From: Candidatus Peribacteria bacterium
GTDB taxonomy: Bacteria; Patescibacteriota; Gracilibacteria; Peribacterales; Peribacteraceae
NCBI GenBank assembly: GCA_943355155.1
Contig: CALREJ010000003.1
Location: 1 to 50,729, forward strand
Direction of reading: 5' to 3'
Length of the DNA stretch: 50,729 bases
Part shown: piece by piece, positions 1-8,860 of the stretch
Numbering within the stretch: position 1 is the stretch's first letter
Layout of the letters: each line of letters opens with the position of its first letter
The notes under the pieces: model-generated
Told to the model about the DNA's origin: nothing
Database searches by the model: none
Seen by the model: only the letters and a program-made list of their open reading frames with translations
Position numbers and translations under genes: made by a program

Positions 1-73
1 GCAAGGAGAAGTTCTTCTTGAGAAGAATACTGAGCTGTAACTGTTCTGCCTCTGAGAGTTGCTGATATGCCAT
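1..73 (-). CDS. N-terminus of a probable IS30-family transposase (runs off the window edge)
   Basis: Reverse strand from ATG at 73 reads MAYQQLSEAEQLQLSILLKKNFSL, resembling the IS30 N-terminal HTH start (Y.QL..EER..I..L...G.S.R). Only 24 codons are visible. Confidence 0.65.
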   Translation of the reverse strand, partial: MAYQQLSEAEQLQLSILLKKNFSL

Positions 74-128
74 AGGGAGTGAGGGTAATACCTCACCCCA
101 AGTGGTGCACTTCAAAGTTCAGCGGAGG
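1..128 (-). mobile_element. Left end of a probable IS30-family element
   Basis: GGTGCACTTCAAAGTTCAG at 104-122 resembles IS30-type termini (GTTGCACTT..AAGTTGAA). Hairpin GTGAGG-gtaata-CCTCAC at 79-96 lies before the transposase start. The exact boundary is uncertain. Confidence 0.55.
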
Positions 129-416
129 ATCTCAGATGAATCAAAATCCTTGAAAATATTGGATGGCTCAGAATCCTTTACGTCTGAAACAGCTGCTATT
201 CTTGCCGCTGCGGGCATTACAGATGTGCAAGTGCTTGCAGGACATACAACCGACACTCTTGCGACAATTTTACAGGGAATAATTGAGACTCGACCTGATG
301 TTTTACCAAAAAAAAAGGCAAGAAAAGATGCACCATCAGAAATTGTAATGCCTGATGTAAACTTCCTTTCAGGCCAACTTATTGAAGCAGCAAAATTATT
401 AATGAAAAAGCCTTAA
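129..416 (+). pseudogene. Probable 3' remnant of a hypothetical gene interrupted by the IS30-like element
   Basis: ORF 102-416 takes its GTG start from inside the putative IS end; the remaining ~95 codons are open and protein-like. Confidence 0.4.
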
Positions 417-449
417 AGGAATCTTCGCACTGTTGTTTTATCAACAAGA

Positions 450-1028
450 TTAAGCCGCTTCAAAAATGACCTTTCGAAGGACATTTGCTTCCAACCGCTT
501 ATCCTTAACCGCATCAAGTGCTTCAAACAATGGAACCAGACTCGCTCTCTCTTTCTTCGGAACAATTTCTTCTGTCCCAAGAATCCTCGCTCGATACACC
601 TGAAACAAATACCGAATTCCACTCGGGGCAGAAAGACCGTAACCAAGTAATTCAAATTCATCAGGCGCAGGATCGATTGTAATTTTTCTACCCAGCACCT
701 GAGCAGGATCTTGATCTGGATTTCCGGATGTGAGGATGGATGCGCCGGTTGTGATGGTATGTTCATCTCTATGAGTAACAAGAATACGCGCCAATTCCTC
801 ACGCGTAGTAATAAGAACACTGCGCATCACCAAAACATTTCCTTCTTTAGCAAATTCCACTTTCTCTGGCTTTGCAAGTTTTGGATCTAAGGAAAAATCC
901 ACTGTTTTAAGTGCTGAAGGATCCATTGGTAAACGTAGATCAATACTCCCTTCACTAAGATCCGGAAACCATGCTGCTACATCTGCACCCGTCGTATAGA
1001 ACTTCGTTTCTGTAGTGAGATTCTGCAT
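450..1028 (-). CDS. Hypothetical protein (192 aa)
   Basis: Long ORF with an AT-rich promoter-like region upstream; no recognised motif. Confidence 0.7.
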   Translation of the reverse strand: MQNLTTETKFYTTGADVAAWFPDLSEGSIDLRLPMDPSALKTVDFSLDPKLAKPEKVEFAKEGNVLVMRSVLITTREELARILVTHRDEHTITTGASILTSGNPDQDPAQVLGRKITIDPAPDEFELLGYGLSAPSGIRYLFQVYRARILGTEEIVPKKERASLVPLFEALDAVKDKRLEANVLRKVIFEAA

Positions 1029-1185
1029 GGTCGCTTATTTTACTATATCTCCAGATTCAATCAAGTAGCGCATATATTTTGTGAATCAGCTCATAATGAC
1101 TCTGATATAGACTTTTTGAATTCTCTTTTAAAAATTTGACTTCTCTTCCAACTCAAACACAATAAAGCCCACTCCCCCGCATCTC

Positions 1186-1683
1186 ATGAGCAACCCCACC
1201 ACCCTCCTCATCACCCGCACCTTCGACGCTCCTCTCAAAAAAGTCTGGCACGCATGGACGGACGCTGAGCAGGTGAAAAAATGGTGGGGACCGAATAACT
1301 TTGATTGTCCGGTTGCGACGATTGATCTGCGCGAAGGAGGAAAATATCTCTACTGCATGCGTTCCACGGGCGTTATCCCAATGTTTCCAAAGGGTCAGGA
1401 ATTCTGGAGCACGGGAACGTACAATGAAGTAGTCCCGATGAAACGCATCGTCGCCTCAGATCACTTTTCCGACAAAGACGGCAACATCATTTCTCCAAAA
1501 GACATCGGCATGCCCGGTGAATGGCCGGAGGAAATGATTGTCACAATGACATTTGAAGACATTGACGGAAGCAAAACCAAGGTCACTCTGGAACATGTTG
1601 GGCATCCTGAAGAAATGGTGGAGAATGCGACGGCAGGATGGAATGAATCACTCGATAAATTTACTGCTACACTCGCCTCATAG
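1186..1683 (+). CDS. SRPBCC/AHSA1 domain protein
   Basis: ITRTFDAP..KVW.AWTD...KKWWGP, IDLREGG and GWNESLDK motifs. Confidence 0.92.
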   Translation: MSNPTTLLITRTFDAPLKKVWHAWTDAEQVKKWWGPNNFDCPVATIDLREGGKYLYCMRSTGVIPMFPKGQEFWSTGTYNEVVPMKRIVASDHFSDKDGNIISPKDIGMPGEWPEEMIVTMTFEDIDGSKTKVTLEHVGHPEEMVENATAGWNESLDKFTATLAS

Positions 1684-1702
1684 TTTCTTTCCCCCACTCT
1701 CT

Positions 1703-2065
1703 ATGCGCTACGTCGATGCGTTCCTCATACCGATTCCCAAGAAGAACCTCAAAGCCTACAAAAAAATGGCACAACTAGGCGGAAAATTGTGGAAAAAGTA
1801 CGGCGCTCTGGAATATATGGAATGCGTTGGTGATGACCTCGCGTCGAAGTGGTCCGCCACTTTCCCAAAAACTATAAAGGTGAAACCCGACGAGATCGTC
1901 ATCGTTTCCTTCATCGTCTTCAAGTCACGGAAACACAGAGACGCAGTGAATGCGAAGGTCATGAAAGATCCTTCGATGAGTGAAGGGGCCATGAAAGACA
2001 AGCCCATGCCGTTTGATATGAAGCGGATGGCGTATGGAGGGTTTGAATCGATGGTGGATATGTGA
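1703..2065 (+). CDS. DUF1428 (YbaA-like) protein
   Basis: MRYVDAFLIPIP..., HRDAVNAKVMKDP and MPFDMKRMAYGGF. Start moved to ATG 1703. Confidence 0.92.
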   Translation: MRYVDAFLIPIPKKNLKAYKKMAQLGGKLWKKYGALEYMECVGDDLASKWSATFPKTIKVKPDEIVIVSFIVFKSRKHRDAVNAKVMKDPSMSEGAMKDKPMPFDMKRMAYGGFESMVDM

Positions 2066-2080
2066 GGGGTGAATATAAGT

Positions 2081-4459
2081 TTACTCTGATGTCAGTAGCT
2101 CCTGAATGCCTTTGAGAGTGTCCACAACGGACAAACCTTTTCCACCTTTTGTTTGAAGATGTGCGAGAACAGTGTCTCCGCAGTAGAGACCGCATTCGCC
2201 GGATTTGATCCGTCTGAAATCGTGAGGGATGAGTTCGAGTGGACCCCTGTTTCGCTCTCGCTCCATTGGATGCTCTTCTCCGAACCGCGCAACTCTTGCA
2301 AGCAGTCTGGAAAGAGATTCTCTTTCACTCCTGACAAGATCTGTAATAGACGAATACCCCTGAGGGCTCAGGTACATCTCACTTTCCGTGAGTGCCTGTT
2401 CAATCACCAAAGCGAACTGACGTGGATCATGATACCGGATAGCTCTTGCACTGTGACGTTGAAGCCAGCTGACAGTAATTCCCTCTGCAGGAAAATCTTC
2501 AAGGGTAATGGGCTGATTCAAAACGTACGCCGCACGACTATGATCATCACTCACCACAAACTGCACACGCAAACTTTCGATGGTAACGATTGTGTAATGC
2601 CCTGTCTCGACTTCTGAAAAACTCGGCCGCTGCCCGCTGCCTGTTGCAAATTCAGCATGACCGATCAGTTCGCCGTGCGCAAGGAGTGTATTACGGATAA
2701 TTCTTAGACGTGGCAGTCTGTCTGTTCCTGTCGGTGGGTCGACCTCTGCTCCACCCTCACCGTTTCCACCGGCCCCGTGTTCCTGCGCCAGATTTCCATC
2801 AATAACTCTCGTGGTAAAATAACGCTGTTCCAGCTCTGCCGAACTCGGCAGTATCCACGCTCGCCAGTTGCCCAACTCATCACCGGCATACGATTCGAAT
2901 CCGAGAACAGATAACTCCCCCATAAGCCCGTTCAAAAATTCAGGAGAAGCTTCCTGCATGATGCGAGGAATCTGCATCAGGCGACTGAACGCATCGGGCA
3001 TCAACAGAAGCAGTTGATCGTTGTAGCGAACAATGGGCGCAGTTTGCAGCAGTTCAGGACGAGCAAGCAGTGCCGGAAATACAGTGCGAATACGTTCTTC
3101 GAGCGATGCATGGAGTGGTGGAACGAGACGACGAATGCTCTCGAGAGATTCCTGAACGGACACTTCTGGACAGCTTGTCACATAGTCCGGCGCATCTGCA
3201 TGTATGATTCTTCCATCTTCATACAGATGAAGTTCCTGTTCTCTCCCGTCACAAAATTGCGATAGAGAAATACGATGGCTTTCTCCATCGACCATCAGAG
3301 AAAGTGTGGGCTGGCTGCCACCTACAGCAATGTAATACATCTGTAGATTGCTGCCACAGATCTCATCGACACTTCGGGTGAGCTCCACAGATGATGTCGG
3401 ATCAAGCAAAAAAATTTGTTCCTGTTCCAGACGTGCCGCCATACTTTGAAGTTGTCTCTGTTCCTGCAATGCAGGCATCAGGAAAATCTCCAGATAATCA
3501 AAGACTGCTTTCATCACTCTTTCACAGTCCTGCTCAATCAAACTTGGTTCTGTACTTTTTACTGAAGTGATCGGATGAAATGGGGTTTTTCTACCTTGCG
3601 TTTCTTTTTTGAGGAGGACATGCATATTCTCCATTACATCATGAAATTTTGTGATATCAACATCCCGCAGTACTTGGTACAGAACCGTTTCCACCAGTGG
3701 ATCGTGTAGGTTGAGATTCATTTCCTGCATCTCGGATTGTGTGCGCATTTCCCGCGCTATCTCTATCAATTTCTGCGTGGCGATCAGCACCGCATCCATC
3801 TTTGAATTCTCTGTGTACCAACTCATTTCCCTATTATTGAAAAATCGCTCTTGGAGAGTAGAAGACAAGTCACTCAGGAGTGTACGGAACTCTGCCGCAG
3901 ACTGAGCTGCTGATTCCCTGTTTTCATAGACATCTCTGTAGCACGTCACCAGCTGGCTCCAATGATCCGATGCGTTGAGCCACTGATCCACTGTTTCCAT
4001 GATTGCAACTGTTCCATGAATAATTCCTGCGGAAGATCCTGTTTGCGCTTTTTCTTGAAAGATCTTCTGTGTTGCTGCCAGCGCCCCTTCAAATGTTATA
4101 CGTCCATCCGGATCATTCAGGAGCCACCTCGCGCATTGAGCAGATGTGCAGAAAAGCTCTGCTTTTTCGTATTTCGTTGCATCAGCAATATCCAGATTTC
4201 GCAAATATTGCCCTGCAACACGTGCATCTCCCCTATCTATTACTAGTGGCCGCACAGGAGCACCTTGTGTTCCTGCACATGCTCCATTCAATGCATCGTA
4301 GTAACGATCGGCGAGTAGTCTTTCAATGGCACGCAAAGTGGCTTCTTCTGGCACCATTGCTTCACCCTGCTTTCCAGCAATTTCCGTGCGCAGTGTGCTG
4401 GCTCTTCCCTCTAATTCTTCATTTGTCAGCCGATCGAGTGCGTTTTCTGTTTCACTCAC
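2081..4459 (-). CDS. Large hypothetical protein (792 aa)
   Basis: Long uninterrupted acidic, helical ORF with a Gly-rich linker; GTG start with TTGACA upstream. Confidence 0.8.
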   Translation of the reverse strand: MSETENALDRLTNEELEGRASTLRTEIAGKQGEAMVPEEATLRAIERLLADRYYDALNGACAGTQGAPVRPLVIDRGDARVAGQYLRNLDIADATKYEKAELFCTSAQCARWLLNDPDGRITFEGALAATQKIFQEKAQTGSSAGIIHGTVAIMETVDQWLNASDHWSQLVTCYRDVYENRESAAQSAAEFRTLLSDLSSTLQERFFNNREMSWYTENSKMDAVLIATQKLIEIAREMRTQSEMQEMNLNLHDPLVETVLYQVLRDVDITKFHDVMENMHVLLKKETQGRKTPFHPITSVKSTEPSLIEQDCERVMKAVFDYLEIFLMPALQEQRQLQSMAARLEQEQIFLLDPTSSVELTRSVDEICGSNLQMYYIAVGGSQPTLSLMVDGESHRISLSQFCDGREQELHLYEDGRIIHADAPDYVTSCPEVSVQESLESIRRLVPPLHASLEERIRTVFPALLARPELLQTAPIVRYNDQLLLLMPDAFSRLMQIPRIMQEASPEFLNGLMGELSVLGFESYAGDELGNWRAWILPSSAELEQRYFTTRVIDGNLAQEHGAGGNGEGGAEVDPPTGTDRLPRLRIIRNTLLAHGELIGHAEFATGSGQRPSFSEVETGHYTIVTIESLRVQFVVSDDHSRAAYVLNQPITLEDFPAEGITVSWLQRHSARAIRYHDPRQFALVIEQALTESEMYLSPQGYSSITDLVRSERESLSRLLARVARFGEEHPMERERNRGPLELIPHDFRRIKSGECGLYCGDTVLAHLQTKGGKGLSVVDTLKGIQELLTSE

Positions 4460-4548
4460 AAAAATAATAAAGCATATTTACTTATATATGTCAATATTCT
4501 GAGGGTGAATTCTTCCTCAAAGTACAGAGCACTTCCCAAGCGCTCCTG

Positions 4549-4899
4549 CTATTTTGTCTCAACGACGTACCCAATAAGTTTCTTGATTTTCCCATCCCTC
4601 ATTTCAAACACATCGCAAAAGACTAAATGCATGATAACACCGCCTTTCTTCTGGGTCTGCACAGTTCCTTCCGCAATCACAATATCATTCTCCTCCGTCA
4701 TGCGAGTGACCCTCACAATCGGCATGCCTTCGAATGCATCATTTTCAATTTCGTTATCAAACTCCTCTTTGCCGACATGGTAGGAAAGGCCGGGCATATC
4801 CCACACGATGTCATCTGTCAGACAGGAGAGGATCTGCACATGGTCTGACTTATTAAAGCCTTCGATGAATTTCTCAATTGTTTTCTTATTGTCTGACAT
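4549..4899 (-). CDS. SnoaL-like / NTF2-family protein
   Basis: ILSCLTDDIVWDMPG and FCDVFEMRDGKIKKL patterns. Confidence 0.9.
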   Translation of the reverse strand: MSDNKKTIEKFIEGFNKSDHVQILSCLTDDIVWDMPGLSYHVGKEEFDNEIENDAFEGMPIVRVTRMTEENDIVIAEGTVQTQKKGGVIMHLVFCDVFEMRDGKIKKLIGYVVETK

Positions 4900-4956
4900 A
4901 GAGCGATGTGATGATACCTAGGTGCATTTCCGCTTACCAGTAGCTAAGCTCGCATC

Positions 4957-5580
4957 ATGAAACCACTGTATGGCGAACTCGTGTTCATTTTGCTGATCGG
5001 CGTTTTACAGCCTGTGACGGAGATACTGTGGGGCAGCCAAATAGCCACTTATTACAACGGCATTGCCGCTTTTATAGTCATTGCCTATCTGGTATATCGC
5101 CTCGTCCACTCGAAAGAAAATCTACTCTCTTCTTGGGGGTTTCGGGTTGATAATTTCCGGCGATGTCTACTTCCCTACGCTGTACTCACTGTCATCTCCG
5201 CAGTGCTCTTGTATGGGTACGGGCACGCCATGGGGCACACTCTTCCTATAACATTTTGGTACCTGCTGGCTGTGTATCCGCTGTGGGGAATTGCGCAGCA
5301 GTTCGTGCTGCAAAATCTAGTGGCGAGGAATCTCGAACAGCTTCTCCCCGTTCTCCCCATTCGTTCTTTCGTTGTGGCCACTATTTTTGCGTGCGCGCAT
5401 ATCCCCTCTCTGGAACTTTTCATTCTGACTTTCGTGGCCGGTTTTATCTTTACGTACCTCTATCACCGTTACCCCAATCTCTTCTGCCTCGGTATTGCCC
5501 ACGGTATTGTCGGGGCCCTCGCCTTTCACCTTGTCCTCGGGCAAAACCAATGGGAAATCCTCATGCGATATTTTTCGTGA
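4957..5580 (+). CDS. CPBP/Abi-family intramembrane protease-like protein
   Basis: Multiple TM helices with FACAH and IAHG motifs; QQ stands where the canonical EE is expected. Confidence 0.75.
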   Translation: MKPLYGELVFILLIGVLQPVTEILWGSQIATYYNGIAAFIVIAYLVYRLVHSKENLLSSWGFRVDNFRRCLLPYAVLTVISAVLLYGYGHAMGHTLPITFWYLLAVYPLWGIAQQFVLQNLVARNLEQLLPVLPIRSFVVATIFACAHIPSLELFILTFVAGFIFTYLYHRYPNLFCLGIAHGIVGALAFHLVLGQNQWEILMRYFS

Positions 5581-5587
5581 GTTTGGG

Positions 5588-5616
5588 TGGAGCGGGTTAC
5601 TGGAATCTATTACAAC
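5588..5616 (-). repeat. tRNA-Gly 3'-end fragment / att-like 29-bp direct repeat, copy 1
   Basis: TGGAGCGGGTTACTGGAATCTATTACAAC is identical to 6363-6391; its reverse complement ends GATTCCAGTAACCCGCTCCA. Confidence 0.9.
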
Positions 5617-5711
5617 CTTTGAGGGGAGCATGTTCGGCATTAATTCTATCTAAGTTCATGAATAGTAATTGTGAAATTGACTAAATAAAAATAATATGTT
5701 ATAAAACACTC

Positions 5712-6236
5712 ATGGCAAAGATACTACTTGAGGAAGCGAAACTGAACCCTGCATTTAGACAGAAATACCTGAATCAAATTGATCTGGGGCCAATGCGGCA
5801 GTATGTTTCAGAGATTCTTTATCAGCCAAATCAAGCTAGGAATGTTCCAAGAGCAGCCGCTGCTTCGTTTTCAAATCTAGCACATAGCTTACTTTTAAAA
5901 TACCATCCTTCACAGATAGTTGTTTATCCGTCTCTATTCGAGAAGCAGCCGTACAATGACAATGACGATAACATCCTTTCCGCCATTCGGGATCATGAAG
6001 GAACTCATGCAAAACAGAAGTTTTATCAACCACGTCTGTATGTCGGTCACCAATTTGCCTTTTGCCGTCCTACTAAAAAGATTAGAGCAATACTTGAAAT
6101 TAGGGCGTATCAATATCAAAAATTTATTGCCGCATCGGAAAAGCTACAAATTTCCGAAGGATTGAGGAGCCTCATCGAAGAACGTATCGCAATGTACAGA
6201 AATTTGCTTGCTCAGGTAAAACAAGAGCGAGCGTAG
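5712..6236 (+). CDS. Hypothetical protein with HExxH zinc-metallopeptidase-like motif
   Basis: HEGTH followed by E..AY..Q; AT-rich; lies between tRNA-fragment repeats. Confidence 0.65.
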   Translation: MAKILLEEAKLNPAFRQKYLNQIDLGPMRQYVSEILYQPNQARNVPRAAAASFSNLAHSLLLKYHPSQIVVYPSLFEKQPYNDNDDNILSAIRDHEGTHAKQKFYQPRLYVGHQFAFCRPTKKIRAILEIRAYQYQKFIAASEKLQISEGLRSLIEERIAMYRNLLAQVKQERA

Positions 6237-6247
6237 TCTGAAGATTC

Positions 6248-6316
6248 TGGAGCGGGTGACGGGAATCCGTCTTCGCTCTCACTGCTGTTCGAGCTACGCC
6301 GAGACAGGTCGAACCC
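6248..6316 (-). pseudogene. tRNA-Gly 3' fragment (T-arm, acceptor strand, CCA) interrupted by a 43-bp palindromic element
   Basis: Minus strand reads GGGTTCGA-[insert 6266-6308]-TTCCCGTCACCCGCTCCA. Confidence 0.8.
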
Positions 6317-6336
6317 ATATGCATAAAGCGAAATCG

Positions 6337-6362
6337 CGGCGTAGTCCGCAGACGAAGCCGGA
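6337..6362 (+). repeat. REP-like hairpin (family 2)
   Basis: CGGCGTAGTC-cgca-GACGAAGCCG has the same GTAG...CGAAG architecture as 6266-6308 and 17658-17690. Confidence 0.6.
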
Positions 6363-6391
6363 TGGAGCGGGTTACTGGAATCTATTACAAC
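6363..6391 (-). repeat. tRNA-Gly 3'-end fragment / att-like 29-bp direct repeat, copy 2
   Basis: Identical to 5588-5616. Confidence 0.9.
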
Positions 6392-6405
6392 TATGATGGG
6401 TGCGG

Positions 6406-7323
6406 CTAGGAGTTTATGTCCTTGAGCTGTTTTTCCAAAATTGCATAGGTTCTATCGACAAGCCATCCATTGCTTTCATACAGCCTTGCAGGCCATACCC
6501 ACTTTGCAGTCGATTGCTTCGCCCCTAATTTTTGCATTGCCTGCATTGCTTTAAGTAATAATGCGCTGCCTATTTTTTTGTCTCGGTAGTCCATCAAAAC
6601 TTCCAGCGGCCCAAAGTCACCTTCCTCATTACTGACCTTATATTCGCAGAAACCCACAACTTGATTTCCATCTAAAGCCGCAAACGCGCCACTAGCAGGT
6701 TTCTTATCCGCATCCCAATGATCAAACCATGTTGGATTATCTGTTTGTGAGCGGAAAGTCTGAAGCACATCGAACATGTCGTTTGTATATTTTTGAATTT
6801 GGATTCCTTTTTGTGCCGCAGTTTCGATCTTGTGAAAACTTTGAGCATCAAGCGAGAAATTCTTCAGTTCAATGTACATATCTTTCGTTTCTTCTGTTTC
6901 TTTGTAACCATTCCGCAAAAAGAAATTGAGCAATGCGGTGTACCTCTTGTCGATTCCAGGGAAGAAATAATGATTGCCTGTGTACTTCACTACGTACACT
7001 GACGTAGCGCCTTCTGACTGCATGCTTTTTTCTGCAATCCCAAGCAATTCTGTAGCTACGTCTTCCTGATCTCCATCGACCGCTAGCGCCTTCAGATGTC
7101 CTACATTGTTTACAACCACGAAGGAAACGAAGCCAAGTATGGCATCAGATTCATTCGTTATGAGAACAGTAGTCGCTGATGGTTTGTGAGCATCTTCAAA
7201 TAGAACCCACCGAAAATGGCTCTCCATAGAGACATCGTACTGATAGACACGATCCCAAAGTTGTAACATGGTTGGGATATCTTTTTCCGCCGCTTTTCTT
7301 ACTCGATGACTCATGCAAGACAT
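6406..7323 (-). CDS. Tandem GNAT-family acetyltransferase
   Basis: Two GNAT-like halves; VRKAAEKDIP, GPLEVLMDYRDKKIGSALL and LYESNGW. Confidence 0.85.
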   Translation of the reverse strand: MSCMSHRVRKAAEKDIPTMLQLWDRVYQYDVSMESHFRWVLFEDAHKPSATTVLITNESDAILGFVSFVVVNNVGHLKALAVDGDQEDVATELLGIAEKSMQSEGATSVYVVKYTGNHYFFPGIDKRYTALLNFFLRNGYKETEETKDMYIELKNFSLDAQSFHKIETAAQKGIQIQKYTNDMFDVLQTFRSQTDNPTWFDHWDADKKPASGAFAALDGNQVVGFCEYKVSNEEGDFGPLEVLMDYRDKKIGSALLLKAMQAMQKLGAKQSTAKWVWPARLYESNGWLVDRTYAILEKQLKDINS

Positions 7324-7392
7324 TCTAGTTGTATTCCGTTTACGGGTACATCTTTAAAGAGTCTGTGATTGCCAAATTGAATTGGTTTTTGG

Positions 7393-7466
7393 TGGAGCGG
7401 GTAGCGGGAATCGAACCCGCGTCATCAGGTTGGAAACCTGATGTACTACCATTGTACGATACCCGC
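7393..7466 (-). tRNA. tRNA-Gly (anticodon TCC)
   Basis: Acceptor stem GCGGGTA/TACCCGC, anticodon arm TCAGG-TTTCCAA-CCTGA, T-loop GTTCGATTC, encoded CCA. Confidence 0.97.
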
Positions 7467-7585
7467 TTATGAAAATGATCTTAAAGGCTGACGATACCCA
7501 CATGGGTGAAACGCCCGAGCACTATACCGCAACACATTGCTGTTTTCCACAGACTTTGAATCATGAAATCCGCTCTGTATCTCAC

Positions 7586-8212
7586 TCATTTTATTTCTCC
7601 TGCTCGCTTTTTCCGAAGCAACTTACGCGTCGACCAAGGATGTGCATCTTCTTTGTTAAATCCTAATTTTACTGCACATTCAACCAGTAATGCATAACTA
7701 TCAGCCTCTATCTCTAAATATGGTCGAATATTAATATTGCCTCCATTGTGTCTTAAAAGAGTATCAATTTCGATACGCACTCCACCATTTCTGAGCGAAA
7801 TTCTATCCTTCTCGATTTCTTGGTGTTCCTGATGTCCAGATTCAATAAAAAATTGTCGCATTCTACAAAAAAGTTGATCCGCTCTCTCGCCTTCATTTGG
7901 ACATAATACGACTTCAATTTCTTCGCACACACGAATCTTTTTTGCCCAATCATGATCACCAAGCTCTGGAATATACTTTTTTCTCTTTAATTTTTCTGTT
8001 TTCTTCACAACTCCAGTTTCCAGTTGATGACGAACTCTCAGTGATCTTCCATTATCTCGCAACTGCCAATCCGGCGTATCAAAATACACGGCATGCACTC
8101 TCCCATTGTAATATTCAACAAAACCCAAATTTCGTAGCTCCTGCTGCATTTTTTTGGGATCTATATCAAGAATCTTCGTCTCGATCTCAAACTGCGGCTG
8201 ATTGGGGTTCAT
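7586..8212 (-). CDS. CYTH-domain (triphosphate tunnel) protein
   Basis: N-terminal EIETK (ExExK), YFDTPD, LRVR, KDR and YLEIE. Start moved to ATG 8212. Confidence 0.85.
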   Translation of the reverse strand: MNPNQPQFEIETKILDIDPKKMQQELRNLGFVEYYNGRVHAVYFDTPDWQLRDNGRSLRVRHQLETGVVKKTEKLKRKKYIPELGDHDWAKKIRVCEEIEVVLCPNEGERADQLFCRMRQFFIESGHQEHQEIEKDRISLRNGGVRIEIDTLLRHNGGNINIRPYLEIEADSYALLVECAVKLGFNKEDAHPWSTRKLLRKKRAGEIK

Positions 8213-8323
8213 AGAGGAGGAGTATAAGATCACTTTTCAATCAAAAAATCAATGATCCCGCACGTACTCAAAGCAGCTCAAAACGCAGTATCGCGGTCAA
8301 AAACTATTTGTTATCGTAGCTAC

Positions 8324-8845
8324 ATGGATGCAAACCCAAACATGCAGGACGAAGAGGTTACTATCGAACCATATGATCCTCAGTGGCCGAAGAAATATGA
8401 GGTGGAGAAAAGACTATTGGAAAAAACACTTGGGAGCTGGATCGATGGCGGCGTGCATCATGTGGGCAGCACGGCCGTGCCGAATCTCGCTGCAAAACCG
8501 ATCATTGATATTCTCATTGGCGTAAAAAATCTGGAAGAAGCAAAGGCCTGTATTCCACTCTTGGAATCGATTGGCTACTGCTACGCCCCCTATCGCCCAC
8601 ACATCCATTGGTTTTGTAAGCCATCCCCTGCTCACCGCGAATTTCACCTGCAGCTCATGGAATCAACGCACCGCGAATGGCATGCACGATTTGTGTTTCG
8701 TGACTTCCTAAGAATGCATCCGGAAACGATTGTGGAATACGCTACGCTCAAAACAACTCTCGCTGAAAAATTTCGTAATGACAGGGAGGCGTATACGGAG
8801 GCCAAAAATGAATTTGTAGAATCTATTCTCAGGAAAGCACTGTAG
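8324..8845 (+). CDS. GrpB/UPF0157-family protein
   Basis: HHVGSTAVPNLAAKPIIDI, FRDFLR and AYTEAK. Start moved to ATG 8324. Confidence 0.92.
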   Translation: MDANPNMQDEEVTIEPYDPQWPKKYEVEKRLLEKTLGSWIDGGVHHVGSTAVPNLAAKPIIDILIGVKNLEEAKACIPLLESIGYCYAPYRPHIHWFCKPSPAHREFHLQLMESTHREWHARFVFRDFLRMHPETIVEYATLKTTLAEKFRNDREAYTEAKNEFVESILRKAL

Positions 8846-8860
8846 GGGAACTTGCTAACA

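Noticed and set aside
5588-6391. CRISPR array or classical integron attC array
   Set aside because: Only two identical repeats, 775 bp apart and tRNA-derived; no cas or intI gene and no attC-type RYYYAAC...GTTRRRY hairpin.
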